DNA of 64,000 nt from a virus. The translations under genes were made by a program, and so were the position numbers. This document shows, piece by piece, positions 18,976 to 27,476 of this stretch; position 1 is the stretch's first letter; each line of letters opens with the position of its first letter. The notes under the pieces are model-generated. The model did no database searches. It was not told the DNA's origin and worked only from the letters and a program-made list of their open reading frames with translations. The stretch covers positions 32,001 through 96,000 of IMG/VR virus record IMGVR_UViG_3300025122_000005; one strand, written 5' to 3'.

Positions 18976-19543
18976 GCTATATAATAATCTTTACCGCATG
19001 TCTCGTACAGAGATTAACAATTTAGCAAAGAATCAATTTATTGATAATGATATTCAGGTGTGGATTGCAAGCAATTCACATGTACAGGCGAGGTATTACC
19101 TTGCGGAATATCAGATTGATATGTGCGACGAAGCCTGCAAGGAGTTACTGTCCGGTAGGTCCAAAATTGTGAAGGGACTGTTGGTTGGCTCTGGTAGAGT
19201 TGCAGACCAAGATACTATTCGGTCTGTTTACGAGGAATGCAAGGATATGGACAGGTGGAGAATTCAAAACTTTTTTGTACAAAACGCCTGGTATCGCCGC
19301 TCGTCTCGCCAAAGAGAGATTGAAACTCCGCCGGATGTTTTAGAAATGATTTATGTTAATTCAAAACTAAATGATAATAACGAGCCAAGGTGGGGTTATG
19401 GTGGTCGATACCTGAAACGCGCACTTTCCGAACACAAAAACTGTACTCCCAAATTGGCTATCCAAATTAGTCAAGATCCAGACCCCGGAATTCAAAAGTT
19501 AGGATTCGCCGCGCTAGTGCGTATAGAACAACGTGATAAATAA
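18968..19543 (+). CDS. Hypothetical helical-repeat protein
   Basis: ORF after promoter 18835. Confidence 0.7.
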   Translation: MSKLYNNLYRMSRTEINNLAKNQFIDNDIQVWIASNSHVQARYYLAEYQIDMCDEACKELLSGRSKIVKGLLVGSGRVADQDTIRSVYEECKDMDRWRIQNFFVQNAWYRRSSRQREIETPPDVLEMIYVNSKLNDNNEPRWGYGGRYLKRALSEHKNCTPKLAIQISQDPDPGIQKLGFAALVRIEQRDK

Positions 19544-19663
19544 TTTGAATTATTGAGTTTTTCATTTTTTTTAAAAAAGTTGTTGACTTTATTCAAAAAA
19601 TTTGCGATACTATAAACACGTTGAAGATAACAAAAACTGCTAATTACTTCAGGAGACATCATC

Positions 19664-20725
19664 ATGGCAGTTGATTTTAAGACCTTTTCGAATATCGTTG
19701 GACACGTAACGGCGGTGCATAAACCGGTTTTGCTACGTGGTCGCCATGGCATCGGCAAATCCACCGTTGTGTACCAGTTTGCTCAAGCAATCGCAATGCC
19801 AATCGTAGAAAGGCGTGCGTCCCAAATGACGGAAGGCGACCTTGTAGGTCTTCCTATCGTAGAGGGAGAGTCCACCAAGTTTAATCCGCCCGACTGGTAT
19901 AAGCGAGCTTGTGACGAGCCTGTGGTGTTGTTTCTTGATGAGATTGACCGCGCTACAATCGAGGTCCGTCAAGGAATCTTTGAGCTTACCGATAGCCGCA
20001 AACTAAACGGCCATATGTTACATGAGGGCACCCTTATTTTTGCAGCAGTGAATGGTGGTGAGTCCGGCGATCAATATCAGGTAGGGGAAATGGATCCTGC
20101 CGAGCTTGACAGGTGGACGGTCTTTGACATAGAACCGTCAGTTGAAGACTGGCTTTCGTGGGCGAAGGACAATGATATTGACGACGCTATCTGGGATTTC
20201 GTCAATCACAATCGCCAACACCTAGAACACTCAGACGACTTTGAGCCCAACAAGGTATATCCTTCTCGTCGTTCGTGGGAGCGTCTAAACGAGTGTCTTG
20301 CTTTAGCCAACCTGATGGAAGAGTCGGGAACGGACCTGTTCAATCTTACATCAGCATTCGTGGGGTTTGAAGCTGCCGTCGCGTTTAATGATTTTATTAA
20401 AAACTATGACCGACAAGTCTCTATCGAAGACATCCTAATGAAGGGTGATTTTACCAAGGTTGCTGATTTTGGTATTAATGAGCATACAGCAATGGTTGAC
20501 AAGTTTGAGGCATCGAAAACCTTTGCAGAAGAGTTGCCACAAAGACAAATTAGTAATCTTGCCAAATACTTTGTTATGCTCCCGTCGGAAGTTGCTATGA
20601 AGTTGTGGTCTGTCCTGGGTTCTGGCGCACTACAGAACACTGTTAACTTGCATCAAGCAGAAATTGACGGGTCCTCGGTTAGTGCTTATCTGGTAGAAAT
20701 TCTTTCGGGAGAAAGTCAAGAATAA
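19664..20725 (+). CDS. MoxR-like AAA+ ATPase
   Basis: Walker A GRHGIGKS, Walker B LFLDEIDR, MDPAELDRW. Confidence 0.92.
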   Translation: MAVDFKTFSNIVGHVTAVHKPVLLRGRHGIGKSTVVYQFAQAIAMPIVERRASQMTEGDLVGLPIVEGESTKFNPPDWYKRACDEPVVLFLDEIDRATIEVRQGIFELTDSRKLNGHMLHEGTLIFAAVNGGESGDQYQVGEMDPAELDRWTVFDIEPSVEDWLSWAKDNDIDDAIWDFVNHNRQHLEHSDDFEPNKVYPSRRSWERLNECLALANLMEESGTDLFNLTSAFVGFEAAVAFNDFIKNYDRQVSIEDILMKGDFTKVADFGINEHTAMVDKFEASKTFAEELPQRQISNLAKYFVMLPSEVAMKLWSVLGSGALQNTVNLHQAEIDGSSVSAYLVEILSGESQE

Positions 20726-20790
20726 ACTTGACTTTTGTCCAGAATTCTACTATTATAGTAGGACAAATATAATTTAAGGAGCCTTCACCA

Positions 20791-22038
20791 ATGCAAGCAA
20801 ATTCTATTGTAACAGACTTTGACCTAAACAAGCACACCGCTAGGTTGCTTATGGATGAACCGTTCTTCGCGGCGGTGTCCCGTCGGATTGACAAGCGTGC
20901 AAGTTACGCTATTCCTACGGCTGGTGTGTGTGTAAATCCTGACTCAGCACAGTTTGAAATGCTGTACAACCCCAATTTCTTTGCAAAATTGACGGACGAA
21001 GAACGTAGAGACGTTCTTAAGCATGAATTCTATCATATCGTTTTCTTGCACGTCACAGATCGCATGCCGGAAGGAGTCAATAGAAAGAAGTGGAATATTG
21101 CCACTGACTTGGCTATTAATTCGCATCTTAGGAATCTTCCTGAAGGAGGGCTAATCCCCGGTGAAGGTCCTTTCGAGGCTCTACCTCCTGGCCAGTCTGC
21201 GGAATGGTATCTTGCTAACATGCCAGACTTTGGGAATGACGACGGACAGGGCGAGAATGGCTCTAAGAGCCCCGACAATGGCTCCCAGGATGGAAACCAA
21301 GGGTCGGACTCAGAAAACCCATCAGAGGGCGATTCTAGTGGTTCTGGCGGCATGCCAGAGACTCTTGATAGTCATGATGGATGGTCTGAATGTAGCCAAG
21401 AAGTCAAAGATATGGCGAAGGAAAGGCTGAAGGACATTATTCGTAAAGCTGCGGAAGAGTCTTCAAAATCATCAGGGTGGGGCTCCGTTCCTGCAAGCTG
21501 TAAAGAAAAGATTATGAAGGCACTTCACTCTAAAATAGACTGGAAAAAGGTCTTGCGATATTTCGTGAAAACATCGCAGAGAGCAGATAAGTCGTCTAGT
21601 ATTAAGAGAATAAACCGTCGCTACCCGTATATTCATTCCGGTCGCAAAACAAATAGAATAGCAAAGATTGCAGTGTCTATTGACCAATCCGGCTCGGTTG
21701 ACAACGAAATGTTAACAAAGTTTTTTGTGGAGTTGAACAAACTGGCAGATATAGCAGAATTCACTGTCATTCCTTTCGATACTAGGGTAGAAGAATCTCT
21801 TGTTTATACCTGGAAAAAGGGTGAAAGTAAAAAGTGGGAACGTGTCATGTGTGGCGGGACCTGCTTTGATGCTCCAACGGAGTATGTCAACCAACACAAC
21901 TTTGATGGTCACATAATTTTGACCGATATGCAAGCCCCCAAACCAAAACCTAGCAAGTGTCAAAGGATGTGGATGACTACTCCGGTGTATATAAAGTATT
22001 CTTTTGAAACAAAAGAAAAAGTTGTTACTATAGAATAA
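20791..22038 (+). CDS. Metallopeptidase-like plus vWA-like domain protein (DUF2201 type)
   Basis: HEFYH, WNIATDLAIN, MIDAS-like IDQSGS, GGTCF. Confidence 0.88.
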   Translation: MQANSIVTDFDLNKHTARLLMDEPFFAAVSRRIDKRASYAIPTAGVCVNPDSAQFEMLYNPNFFAKLTDEERRDVLKHEFYHIVFLHVTDRMPEGVNRKKWNIATDLAINSHLRNLPEGGLIPGEGPFEALPPGQSAEWYLANMPDFGNDDGQGENGSKSPDNGSQDGNQGSDSENPSEGDSSGSGGMPETLDSHDGWSECSQEVKDMAKERLKDIIRKAAEESSKSSGWGSVPASCKEKIMKALHSKIDWKKVLRYFVKTSQRADKSSSIKRINRRYPYIHSGRKTNRIAKIAVSIDQSGSVDNEMLTKFFVELNKLADIAEFTVIPFDTRVEESLVYTWKKGESKKWERVMCGGTCFDAPTEYVNQHNFDGHIILTDMQAPKPKPSKCQRMWMTTPVYIKYSFETKEKVVTIE

Positions 22039-22062
22039 CCTATTTATAAATAGGGGTATTGA

Positions 22063-22650
22063 ATGCCGGTTAAGCATCCAGAAGAGGAAAAATGGAATAG
22101 CATTACTCATGCTGTTGGTCTTGGACTATTTCTGGTTGCTTCATGCTACTGTACATCCTTGGTAGAGAAGTGGTATTGCTTGGGAATATCTTTCACAATG
22201 CTTTTATCCGTACTCTACCATGGAGTTGAGAATGCAAGATTAAAAGAAGTGTTTAGAATGTTAGATATGGTTTCTATACATATCTTAATAGCGGTCACTT
22301 CTATTTGTTATCTCGTCAGCTACGGAGGCAACGTACTACAGTGTTTGCTACCGGCAGCATCCGGCCTCGCTTGTGCTTTATACGTGTTTCGAAAATACAA
22401 CACGTTTTCGGTCCAACGGGGTGCGGTGTCGCTATACATCTTATCTGGCATTCTGTGTTTGACTAGTGTAGCGGTAGTTTCTGGCAACGCTCACTATGGG
22501 TCATTTTGTTATTTTATCGTTGGCATCGTGGTGTATCTTCTTGGATTGGTATTTTATTTGAGGGACCATAAAAAATGGTATCACACAATGTGGCATTTAT
22601 TCGTACTTTTCGGCGGAATTTTGCACTTGGTTGGATTAGATACTATTTAA
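22063..22650 (+). CDS. Hemolysin III/PAQR-family membrane protein
   Basis: EEKWNSITH, SVLYH, LDMVSIHILIA, HTMWHLFVLFG. Confidence 0.88.
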   Translation: MPVKHPEEEKWNSITHAVGLGLFLVASCYCTSLVEKWYCLGISFTMLLSVLYHGVENARLKEVFRMLDMVSIHILIAVTSICYLVSYGGNVLQCLLPAASGLACALYVFRKYNTFSVQRGAVSLYILSGILCLTSVAVVSGNAHYGSFCYFIVGIVVYLLGLVFYLRDHKKWYHTMWHLFVLFGGILHLVGLDTI

Positions 22651-22653
22651 TAT

Positions 22654-22854
22654 GTGAATTTAGAAAAAGGCGATTTAGTGGCGTGCTACCTTCTCAGCTC
22701 TAGTCTTGAAGAAGAAGCACTTATGCAATACGGGATCGTCCTCGACGTTAATCCCACCCTTGAAGATGTATTGGTGCTAGATAACTGTGCCGACGCCCGT
22801 TGGTGGCCCAAAAGGCGTTGGCGACTTTTGAAAAAAGCGAAAAAAACTTCTTGA
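22654..22854 (+). CDS. KGDLV-family SH3-like protein
   Basis: LEKGDLV...YGIV. Confidence 0.7.
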   Translation: MNLEKGDLVACYLLSSSLEEEALMQYGIVLDVNPTLEDVLVLDNCADARWWPKRRWRLLKKAKKTS

Positions 22855-23080
22855 CTTTTTAAAAATCTTCTGTTATTATATAAACACAATCAAGGAAGCG
22901 AGGATAAATTGACTTGGCTAAACGCAGTATCAACAACGAATATTCTTTTAATCATTCTCGTCGCAATCACGTTGGCGAAAAAATAAAAGACGCTGCCATC
23001 CGAACGATAGCGTTCGGCGCAGGCATCATGTTAGTCGCTTCTATCCCACTTTGGGGAATCATTTTTAAGAAAGGCGAATA

Positions 23081-23239
23081 ATGAACCTAGGCGACTTGGT
23101 AAAGGTAAAGTACTCTGATAAACACTTGGGTATAATAATCAGTGCTCTTAATTCAGATAAATACTATGACGTATTAATTGGCGGTAAGATTTGTTTCTGT
23201 CATGAAAGCAACCTGGAGGTCATCAGTGAAAGTCGGTGA
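23081..23239 (+). CDS. MNLGDLV cassette protein (52 aa, missed by the ORF track)
   Basis: Ends NLEVISESR in the junction repeat. Confidence 0.85.
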   Translation: MNLGDLVKVKYSDKHLGIIISALNSDKYYDVLIGGKICFCHESNLEVISESR

Positions 23240-23405
23240 TATGGTAAAAACAGTCCATGGATTCTATCGACGCGGATTATTGATTGAACAAGCCCAAGAT
23301 AGATTAGCGATGAATAACAAGGTTTTCAGGGTTTTGTGGCACAACGGCACCGTTTCAAACAATGTGTGGGATTATGACCTGGAGTTAATCAGTGAAAGTA
23401 GGTGA
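23226..23405 (+). CDS. MKVGDMV cassette protein
   Basis: GTG start inside the repeat; ends LELISESR. Confidence 0.85.
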   Translation: MKVGDMVKTVHGFYRRGLLIEQAQDRLAMNNKVFRVLWHNGTVSNNVWDYDLELISESR

Positions 23406-23595
23406 CTTGGTGCGCTGGATCGCAGGATATATCGGCACCGGCTCTGTTGGCTTAATTATTTCCGTTGGATACGGCGAAGAGTATACAGACACTGAGCAAA
23501 GTTGTGATCTGCATCCTGATATTTGGGTATTGGTTAACGGACACAAAGAACGATGGAACGAACGATATTTGGAGCTAATCAGTGAAAGTCGGTGA
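23392..23595 (+). CDS. MKVGDLV cassette protein (paralog of 16823-17026)
   Basis: Junction start and end. Confidence 0.85.
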   Translation: MKVGDLVRWIAGYIGTGSVGLIISVGYGEEYTDTEQSCDLHPDIWVLVNGHKERWNERYLELISESR

Positions 23596-23749
23596 TTTGG
23601 TAAGATGTGTTTCAGCCAATGGGTTAGTAGGGTTAATCACTAAGATAATGCTAAATGCCCATAAGTCTCTTATTTATATCGTCCTTGTGGGCGGAGTTAA
23701 TTATCCTTTTCGGTCTAACATGCTGGAGGTTATCAGTGAGAGTCGGTGA
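23582..23749 (+). CDS. MKVGDLV cassette protein (55 aa, missed by the ORF track)
   Basis: MKVGDLVRCVSANGLVGLI...MLEVISESR. Confidence 0.85.
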   Translation: MKVGDLVRCVSANGLVGLITKIMLNAHKSLIYIVLVGGVNYPFRSNMLEVISESR

Positions 23750-23909
23750 TTTGGTACGCACGCCGCGATTTAAAACGGTGTATCTTATTATAAGAAAACG
23801 TGACGACTTACTCGCCTTGGGAGAGATTTTCGTTGTGCAATCTGTTGACGGAAAAATAAAGCAATCTTTGAACAGAAATCTTTTGGAGGTCATCAGTGAA
23901 AGTCGGTGA
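23736..23909 (+). CDS. MRVGDLV cassette protein
   Basis: GTG start in the repeat; ends LLEVISESR. Confidence 0.85.
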   Translation: MRVGDLVRTPRFKTVYLIIRKRDDLLALGEIFVVQSVDGKIKQSLNRNLLEVISESR

Positions 23910-24078
23910 TTTGATCCGGCACGATGATCGTACCTATGGCACGACTGGCATTGGAGTTTTGTTGTATGACAACAAAGAAGGTGGCACCTTGAAGATTTAT
24001 GATGCAAAAAAAGAAAAATCTTATTGGATTGTCAGAAGTCAATGTAGAGTCTTGAGCCCTGGTAGCTCAGTCGGATAG
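23896..24078 (+). CDS. MKVGDLI cassette protein; 3' end runs into tRNA-Arg
   Basis: Last 23 nt overlap the tRNA 5' end. Confidence 0.8.
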   Translation: MKVGDLIRHDDRTYGTTGIGVLLYDNKEGGTLKIYDAKKEKSYWIVRSQCRVLSPGSSVG

Positions 24079-24129
24079 AGCAGCTGCCTTCTAAGCAGCG
24101 GGTCACAGGTTCGAATCCTGTCCAGGGTA
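24056..24129 (+). tRNA. tRNA-Arg(UCU)
   Basis: Acceptor GCCCTGG/CCAGGGT, D-loop AGTCGGATA, anticodon arm GCTGC-CTTCTAA-GCAGC, T-loop GGTTCGAATCC; CCA not encoded. Confidence 0.95.
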
Positions 24130-24232
24130 CAACTTAAACAGAGAGGAAATAACAAAATGGATTTTTTAGGAAGCATCATAGCAATAGCCATAGGACTATT
24201 CTTTGGCCAAATGATGATAGACTGGTGGAAAA

Positions 24233-24466
24233 ATGATTAAACGGTGGATTATAGAAAGTCTGCCATTTAATCAAATCGGAAAATCACTCGGCCAAGTCTA
24301 CAGTGACGTTAATTTTACTTCCTTAGATTTAGGAAGAGGCAACGTCACAGAAGAAGGGTTTCTATCTTCACTCTTAGAATTAAAAGACGAGCAAGCCCTA
24401 GTTATCATAGGCGAAGATGATATTCGCGGGACCAACTACGGCTTTATAAAATATAACTGTATTTAA
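24233..24466 (+). CDS. Hypothetical protein
   Basis: ORF. Confidence 0.65.
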   Translation: MIKRWIIESLPFNQIGKSLGQVYSDVNFTSLDLGRGNVTEEGFLSSLLELKDEQALVIIGEDDIRGTNYGFIKYNCI

Positions 24467-24481
24467 AGGACGGCAAATAAA

Positions 24482-24751
24482 ATGAACGAGACACGTAGAG
24501 AAATATTCAAGCACGGTACGAAAATTCTACGCTCTATAGCAGAGCATTATGATAGCGGAAATATAGACACTCCAGAAACAAATCACATGCTTATGCAATT
24601 ATTCGCCCTCGCAGTAGAAGGCAAGGTAAGGGGCGATATATGCGAGGACACTGGACACGTCAAGTGGTCGCTTACTGATTCATGCCGCGAAGAAGTAGAA
24701 CAACTAAAGCAGGGAATTGCCGACAAAGTAATCGTGAAAGGCCCGTGGTAA
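24482..24751 (+). CDS. Hypothetical protein
   Basis: AAGGA SD. Confidence 0.7.
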   Translation: MNETRREIFKHGTKILRSIAEHYDSGNIDTPETNHMLMQLFALAVEGKVRGDICEDTGHVKWSLTDSCREEVEQLKQGIADKVIVKGPW

Positions 24752-24939
24752 TAAGTATCGGTGATTTGGTATTCTACAAAGAAGACCCAAAGAACATAGG
24801 GCTGGTCGTATCGTTAATAAGGCTTAATCCATCCGACGAATTTCATCGTGTACCCCCACTTGTGACGGTGCGCTGGATGGACGGTCGGCAATCTGACGAA
24901 TTTGAATCTGATTTGGAAAAAATTGAAAAAAAGACTTGA
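24745..24939 (+). CDS. IGDLV-family SH3-like protein
   Basis: GTG start; ISIGDLVF...GLV...LEKIEKK. Confidence 0.7.
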   Translation: MVISIGDLVFYKEDPKNIGLVVSLIRLNPSDEFHRVPPLVTVRWMDGRQSDEFESDLEKIEKKT

Positions 24940-24993
24940 TTTTTAAAATTTGATTTGTTATCATATAAACACAATCAAAGAAGAGGACAAAAA

Positions 24994-25674
24994 ATGTCTT
25001 TGCAAATGGAAAAAGAAGTATTGAATCAGAATCTAGCCTTGGATAAGTCTAGGTCTTTAGATGAAGTGCTTAGAGCAAACAACGTCCACACAGATAAGCT
25101 ATACAAACCAGAAAAACAGTATCCGCTTCAGGGGTCGGATAAGCCAAAGGAAGTTAAAACAGACTTCGCTTGTCCTGTTTCTGGTGCTCGAATTTCAGTT
25201 AAGGATCACGGCATTGTAGAGCTTTGTTCGATAGGTATGCTGCAATTCTGTGATTATCTCGATGTATCGTTCACTAGGGCAGGATATTCCATCGAAGATG
25301 CACAGCCATTCAAAGAGGCTTTACTGTTTCAACCAAAAAGGCTTACTGGCGACCCCGAAATGGACCAATGGAATGCGGGACCAAAGAAAATCTTAAATTC
25401 TACACTAGAATCAATGATGGACAAATACCCGAAACTAAAGAGAGAAATCGTCAAGACTGCTTTACTCGGAGAGGGCATATACGAAGGCGACGCTATTCCT
25501 ACCCACGTTGCAACGCCTAAAAAGTTTGTTCGTATCACCGAGGAATACATTGACAAAGTTACAGAAATTTGTAACCTAGATATTCGACTCAAGGGTAGAT
25601 CAAGATTGCCGGATACCAATATTAGAAGAAGAGAACCGTCATTTAGAATCGGTCTAAACATGAAAAACTTGTAA
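24994..25674 (+). CDS. Early hypothetical protein
   Basis: Promoter 24936-24964 and GAGGA SD. Confidence 0.75.
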   Translation: MSLQMEKEVLNQNLALDKSRSLDEVLRANNVHTDKLYKPEKQYPLQGSDKPKEVKTDFACPVSGARISVKDHGIVELCSIGMLQFCDYLDVSFTRAGYSIEDAQPFKEALLFQPKRLTGDPEMDQWNAGPKKILNSTLESMMDKYPKLKREIVKTALLGEGIYEGDAIPTHVATPKKFVRITEEYIDKVTEICNLDIRLKGRSRLPDTNIRRREPSFRIGLNMKNL

Positions 25675-25778
25675 CACACCGGAATTATTTAGATTTTACG
25701 TTTTCTTTAAAAAACACTTGACTTTTTAAAAAAGATTTGTTATTATATAATCACAATCAAGAAAAGGATTTAATTCCG

Positions 25779-26057
25779 ATGAAAAAACTGTTTGTTCTTA
25801 TGATGGTCTTTATGGCGACGACGGGTTGTGTCATCGAGACAACGGAAACATTCGTACCGTCCCTTTCTTCCGGTTGCTTTACGAGTGATCATGACTACTC
25901 ACACACTGAGTTTGATTGCATTGATTATTCAGTAAGTTATGTTTTCTGTGATTCTTCTAGGGATCATCCGAGGTTCCGACATTGGGATTGCTACTGGCCA
26001 GACGAAGTACCAGAAGTTTTTGACGGTGGTTGCGTTTCCTACAATATTTGTCATTAA
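25779..26057 (+). CDS. Cys-rich lipoprotein
   Basis: Lipobox TTG-C; promoter 25718-25746. Confidence 0.65.
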   Translation: MKKLFVLMMVFMATTGCVIETTETFVPSLSSGCFTSDHDYSHTEFDCIDYSVSYVFCDSSRDHPRFRHWDCYWPDEVPEVFDGGCVSYNICH

Positions 26058-26236
26058 CCCGAAAGAGAAATACTATATGAGATTATCAACGAAAGGGTCT
26101 GCCCGTCGCCTAGCGCGAATGTGGGTAGACCTAAACGACAATAGAAGAAAAGAGCTTTTAGACACCCTTGACACAGAGGCACGTATAGAAGTTATCGAGA
26201 ACATGTTAAAGATAAAAACAGAAAGGAAAGAGAAAA

Positions 26237-26494
26237 ATGTTTAGTATGCACGCCCGAGGGGACCTTATCCAATATTTAGAGTCGGAAGGATTCACAGTAG
26301 GCGAAGAAGAAGAGACAGAAGACCTCAGAGCAGCATGCTGTATGCACGCTCAAGCGGTTGCTCTGTCACGTTCTCCGGTGTTCCAGTCGGTTGCTGCCAA
26401 TGCCGAAAGGTTGGTTCGTAAGGCATCATTCGCCAACGCGCCTACAGTCGATTGCGAATATCCAGAATTTAACGATTCTTATCCAGGTTGGTAA
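26237..26494 (+). CDS. Hypothetical protein
   Basis: AAGGA/GAG SD. Confidence 0.7.
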   Translation: MFSMHARGDLIQYLESEGFTVGEEEETEDLRAACCMHAQAVALSRSPVFQSVAANAERLVRKASFANAPTVDCEYPEFNDSYPGW

Positions 26495-26797
26495 GTTATT
26501 GATATAACTGAGGTTTCACGATTAATCAAAAAACTTCTTGACTTTTAAAAAAACCTTTGATAGTATATAAACACAATCGAGGAAAAAGGAAATTCATTTT
26601 GAAGAATCCGTTAACGAAGCAAGGATTGTTTGCCACTCCAAAATCCTTTAAAGAGATAGAGACGATGATTGAGGGACTCTCAAGGACTCAAAGAGCGGTT
26701 GGCTACACCATCGCAGCAATGACCTGGAATCGCGCCGTTGAAATGGTGCAAAATGCGATTGATCTTGAAGATCAGAAAGAAGCGGAAAGTCTCTACA

Positions 26798-26986
26798 ATG
26801 AAGACTAAGAACGCGAATAAATATCAGTATCTCTTTGTTTTACAGGGCAATTATGGTTATGGCGACGGGTGGGAAGATCTCACAGCGAGTGATCACCGAA
26901 AAGATGTCCGAGCAGCTCTGCGATCCTATCACGAGAATGAGGGGGGTCGCTATCGTATTATCCGTAGAAGAGAGTTAAACATTTAA
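26798..26986 (+). CDS. Hypothetical early protein
   Basis: LQGNYGYGDGWEDL...YRIIRRR; start at ATG 26798. Confidence 0.7.
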   Translation: MKTKNANKYQYLFVLQGNYGYGDGWEDLTASDHRKDVRAALRSYHENEGGRYRIIRRRELNI

Positions 26987-26997
26987 TATATTGGGTT

Positions 26998-27141
26998 TGA
27001 TGGATTTAACATGGATTCCCTAGTAGACGTGGTTGGTGCCGAGCATTCCTTCGGCCCATGGTTCGATACCCCACCTTGCAGACGTGCAATGCGACTTTAG
27101 CGAGTCATTGGAACGAACGGGAATCCATGTTAAATCCATCA
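26998..27141 (+). ncRNA. Candidate structured RNA closed by a perfect 23-bp inverted repeat
   Basis: TGATGGATTTAACATGGATTCCC (26998-27020) and its exact reverse complement (27119-27141) enclose several hairpins. Confidence 0.55.
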
Positions 27142-27227
27142 GATTATTGAGAAATTCATTTTTTTCTTGACTTTTAAAAAATCATCTGTTAGTATATAAA
27201 CACAATCAACGAGAAAAGGTTTTCAAA

Positions 27228-27476
27228 ATGACCAAGACACAAACAAGGGAAGTTGCTAGCTATTGGCGGTGCAGCCAAGCGGCATGTAATAGTAGTGCTC
27301 AGTTTTGGACCGATGGAAATAAACTGTACAGTTATAAACTGTGCATTGGCGACACTACCGAATCCGGTAAAAAGGTCCTTAAGGACTACAGCGCAACCGG
27401 TCGCCATGGCTTTCAGTCTATGACAACATCCAAGCACGTTGGTTATGCTCGCGGATATGCACATATCGTCGATTAA
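27228..27476 (+). CDS. Hypothetical early protein
   Basis: Promoter 27167-27195; WTDGNKLYSY...SMTTSKH. Confidence 0.75.
   Translation: MTKTQTREVASYWRCSQAACNSSAQFWTDGNKLYSYKLCIGDTTESGKKVLKDYSATGRHGFQSMTTSKHVGYARGYAHIVD

Larger units (their letters stand above)
8582..20756 (+). promoter_or_regulatory. Series of sigma70-type promoters (-35 at 8582, 11754, 12578, 14454, 15916, 17590, 18835, 19583, 20728)
   Basis: TTGACT/TTGAAA/TTGCAA/TTGACA, mostly 17-bp spacer, then TATTAT/TATCAT/CATAAT-type -10, often with TG extension. Confidence 0.8.
23213..23915 (+). repeat. Cassette junction repeats of array 2 (33-bp copies at 23213, 23379, 23569, 23723, 23883)
   Basis: Same consensus as array 1; unit spacing 166, 190, 154 and 160 bp. 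Confidence 0.92.
22851..27195 (+). promoter_or_regulatory. Five near-identical early promoter/leader modules (-35 at 22851, 24936, 25718, 26538, 27167)
   Basis: CTTGA(C/T)TTTT(T)AAAA...TG(T/A)TA(T/G)(T/C)ATATAA(A/T)CACAATC(A/G)A. Confidence 0.88.

Noticed and set aside
15724-23915. 33-bp repeats as a CRISPR array
   Set aside because: Units are 154-190 bp intact genes, the repeats are degenerate and coding, and there is no cas operon. The Cas4-like gene is a common stand-alone phage nuclease.
15724-23915. Integron attC sites
   Set aside because: No palindromic R''/R' arms or GTTRRRY cores, and no tyrosine recombinase in the window.
26998-27141. Retron, DGR or a true tRNA
   Set aside because: No reverse transcriptase in the window, no VR/TR pair with A-specific mismatches, and no complete cloverleaf or anticodon arm. 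Kept only as an unknown RNA.
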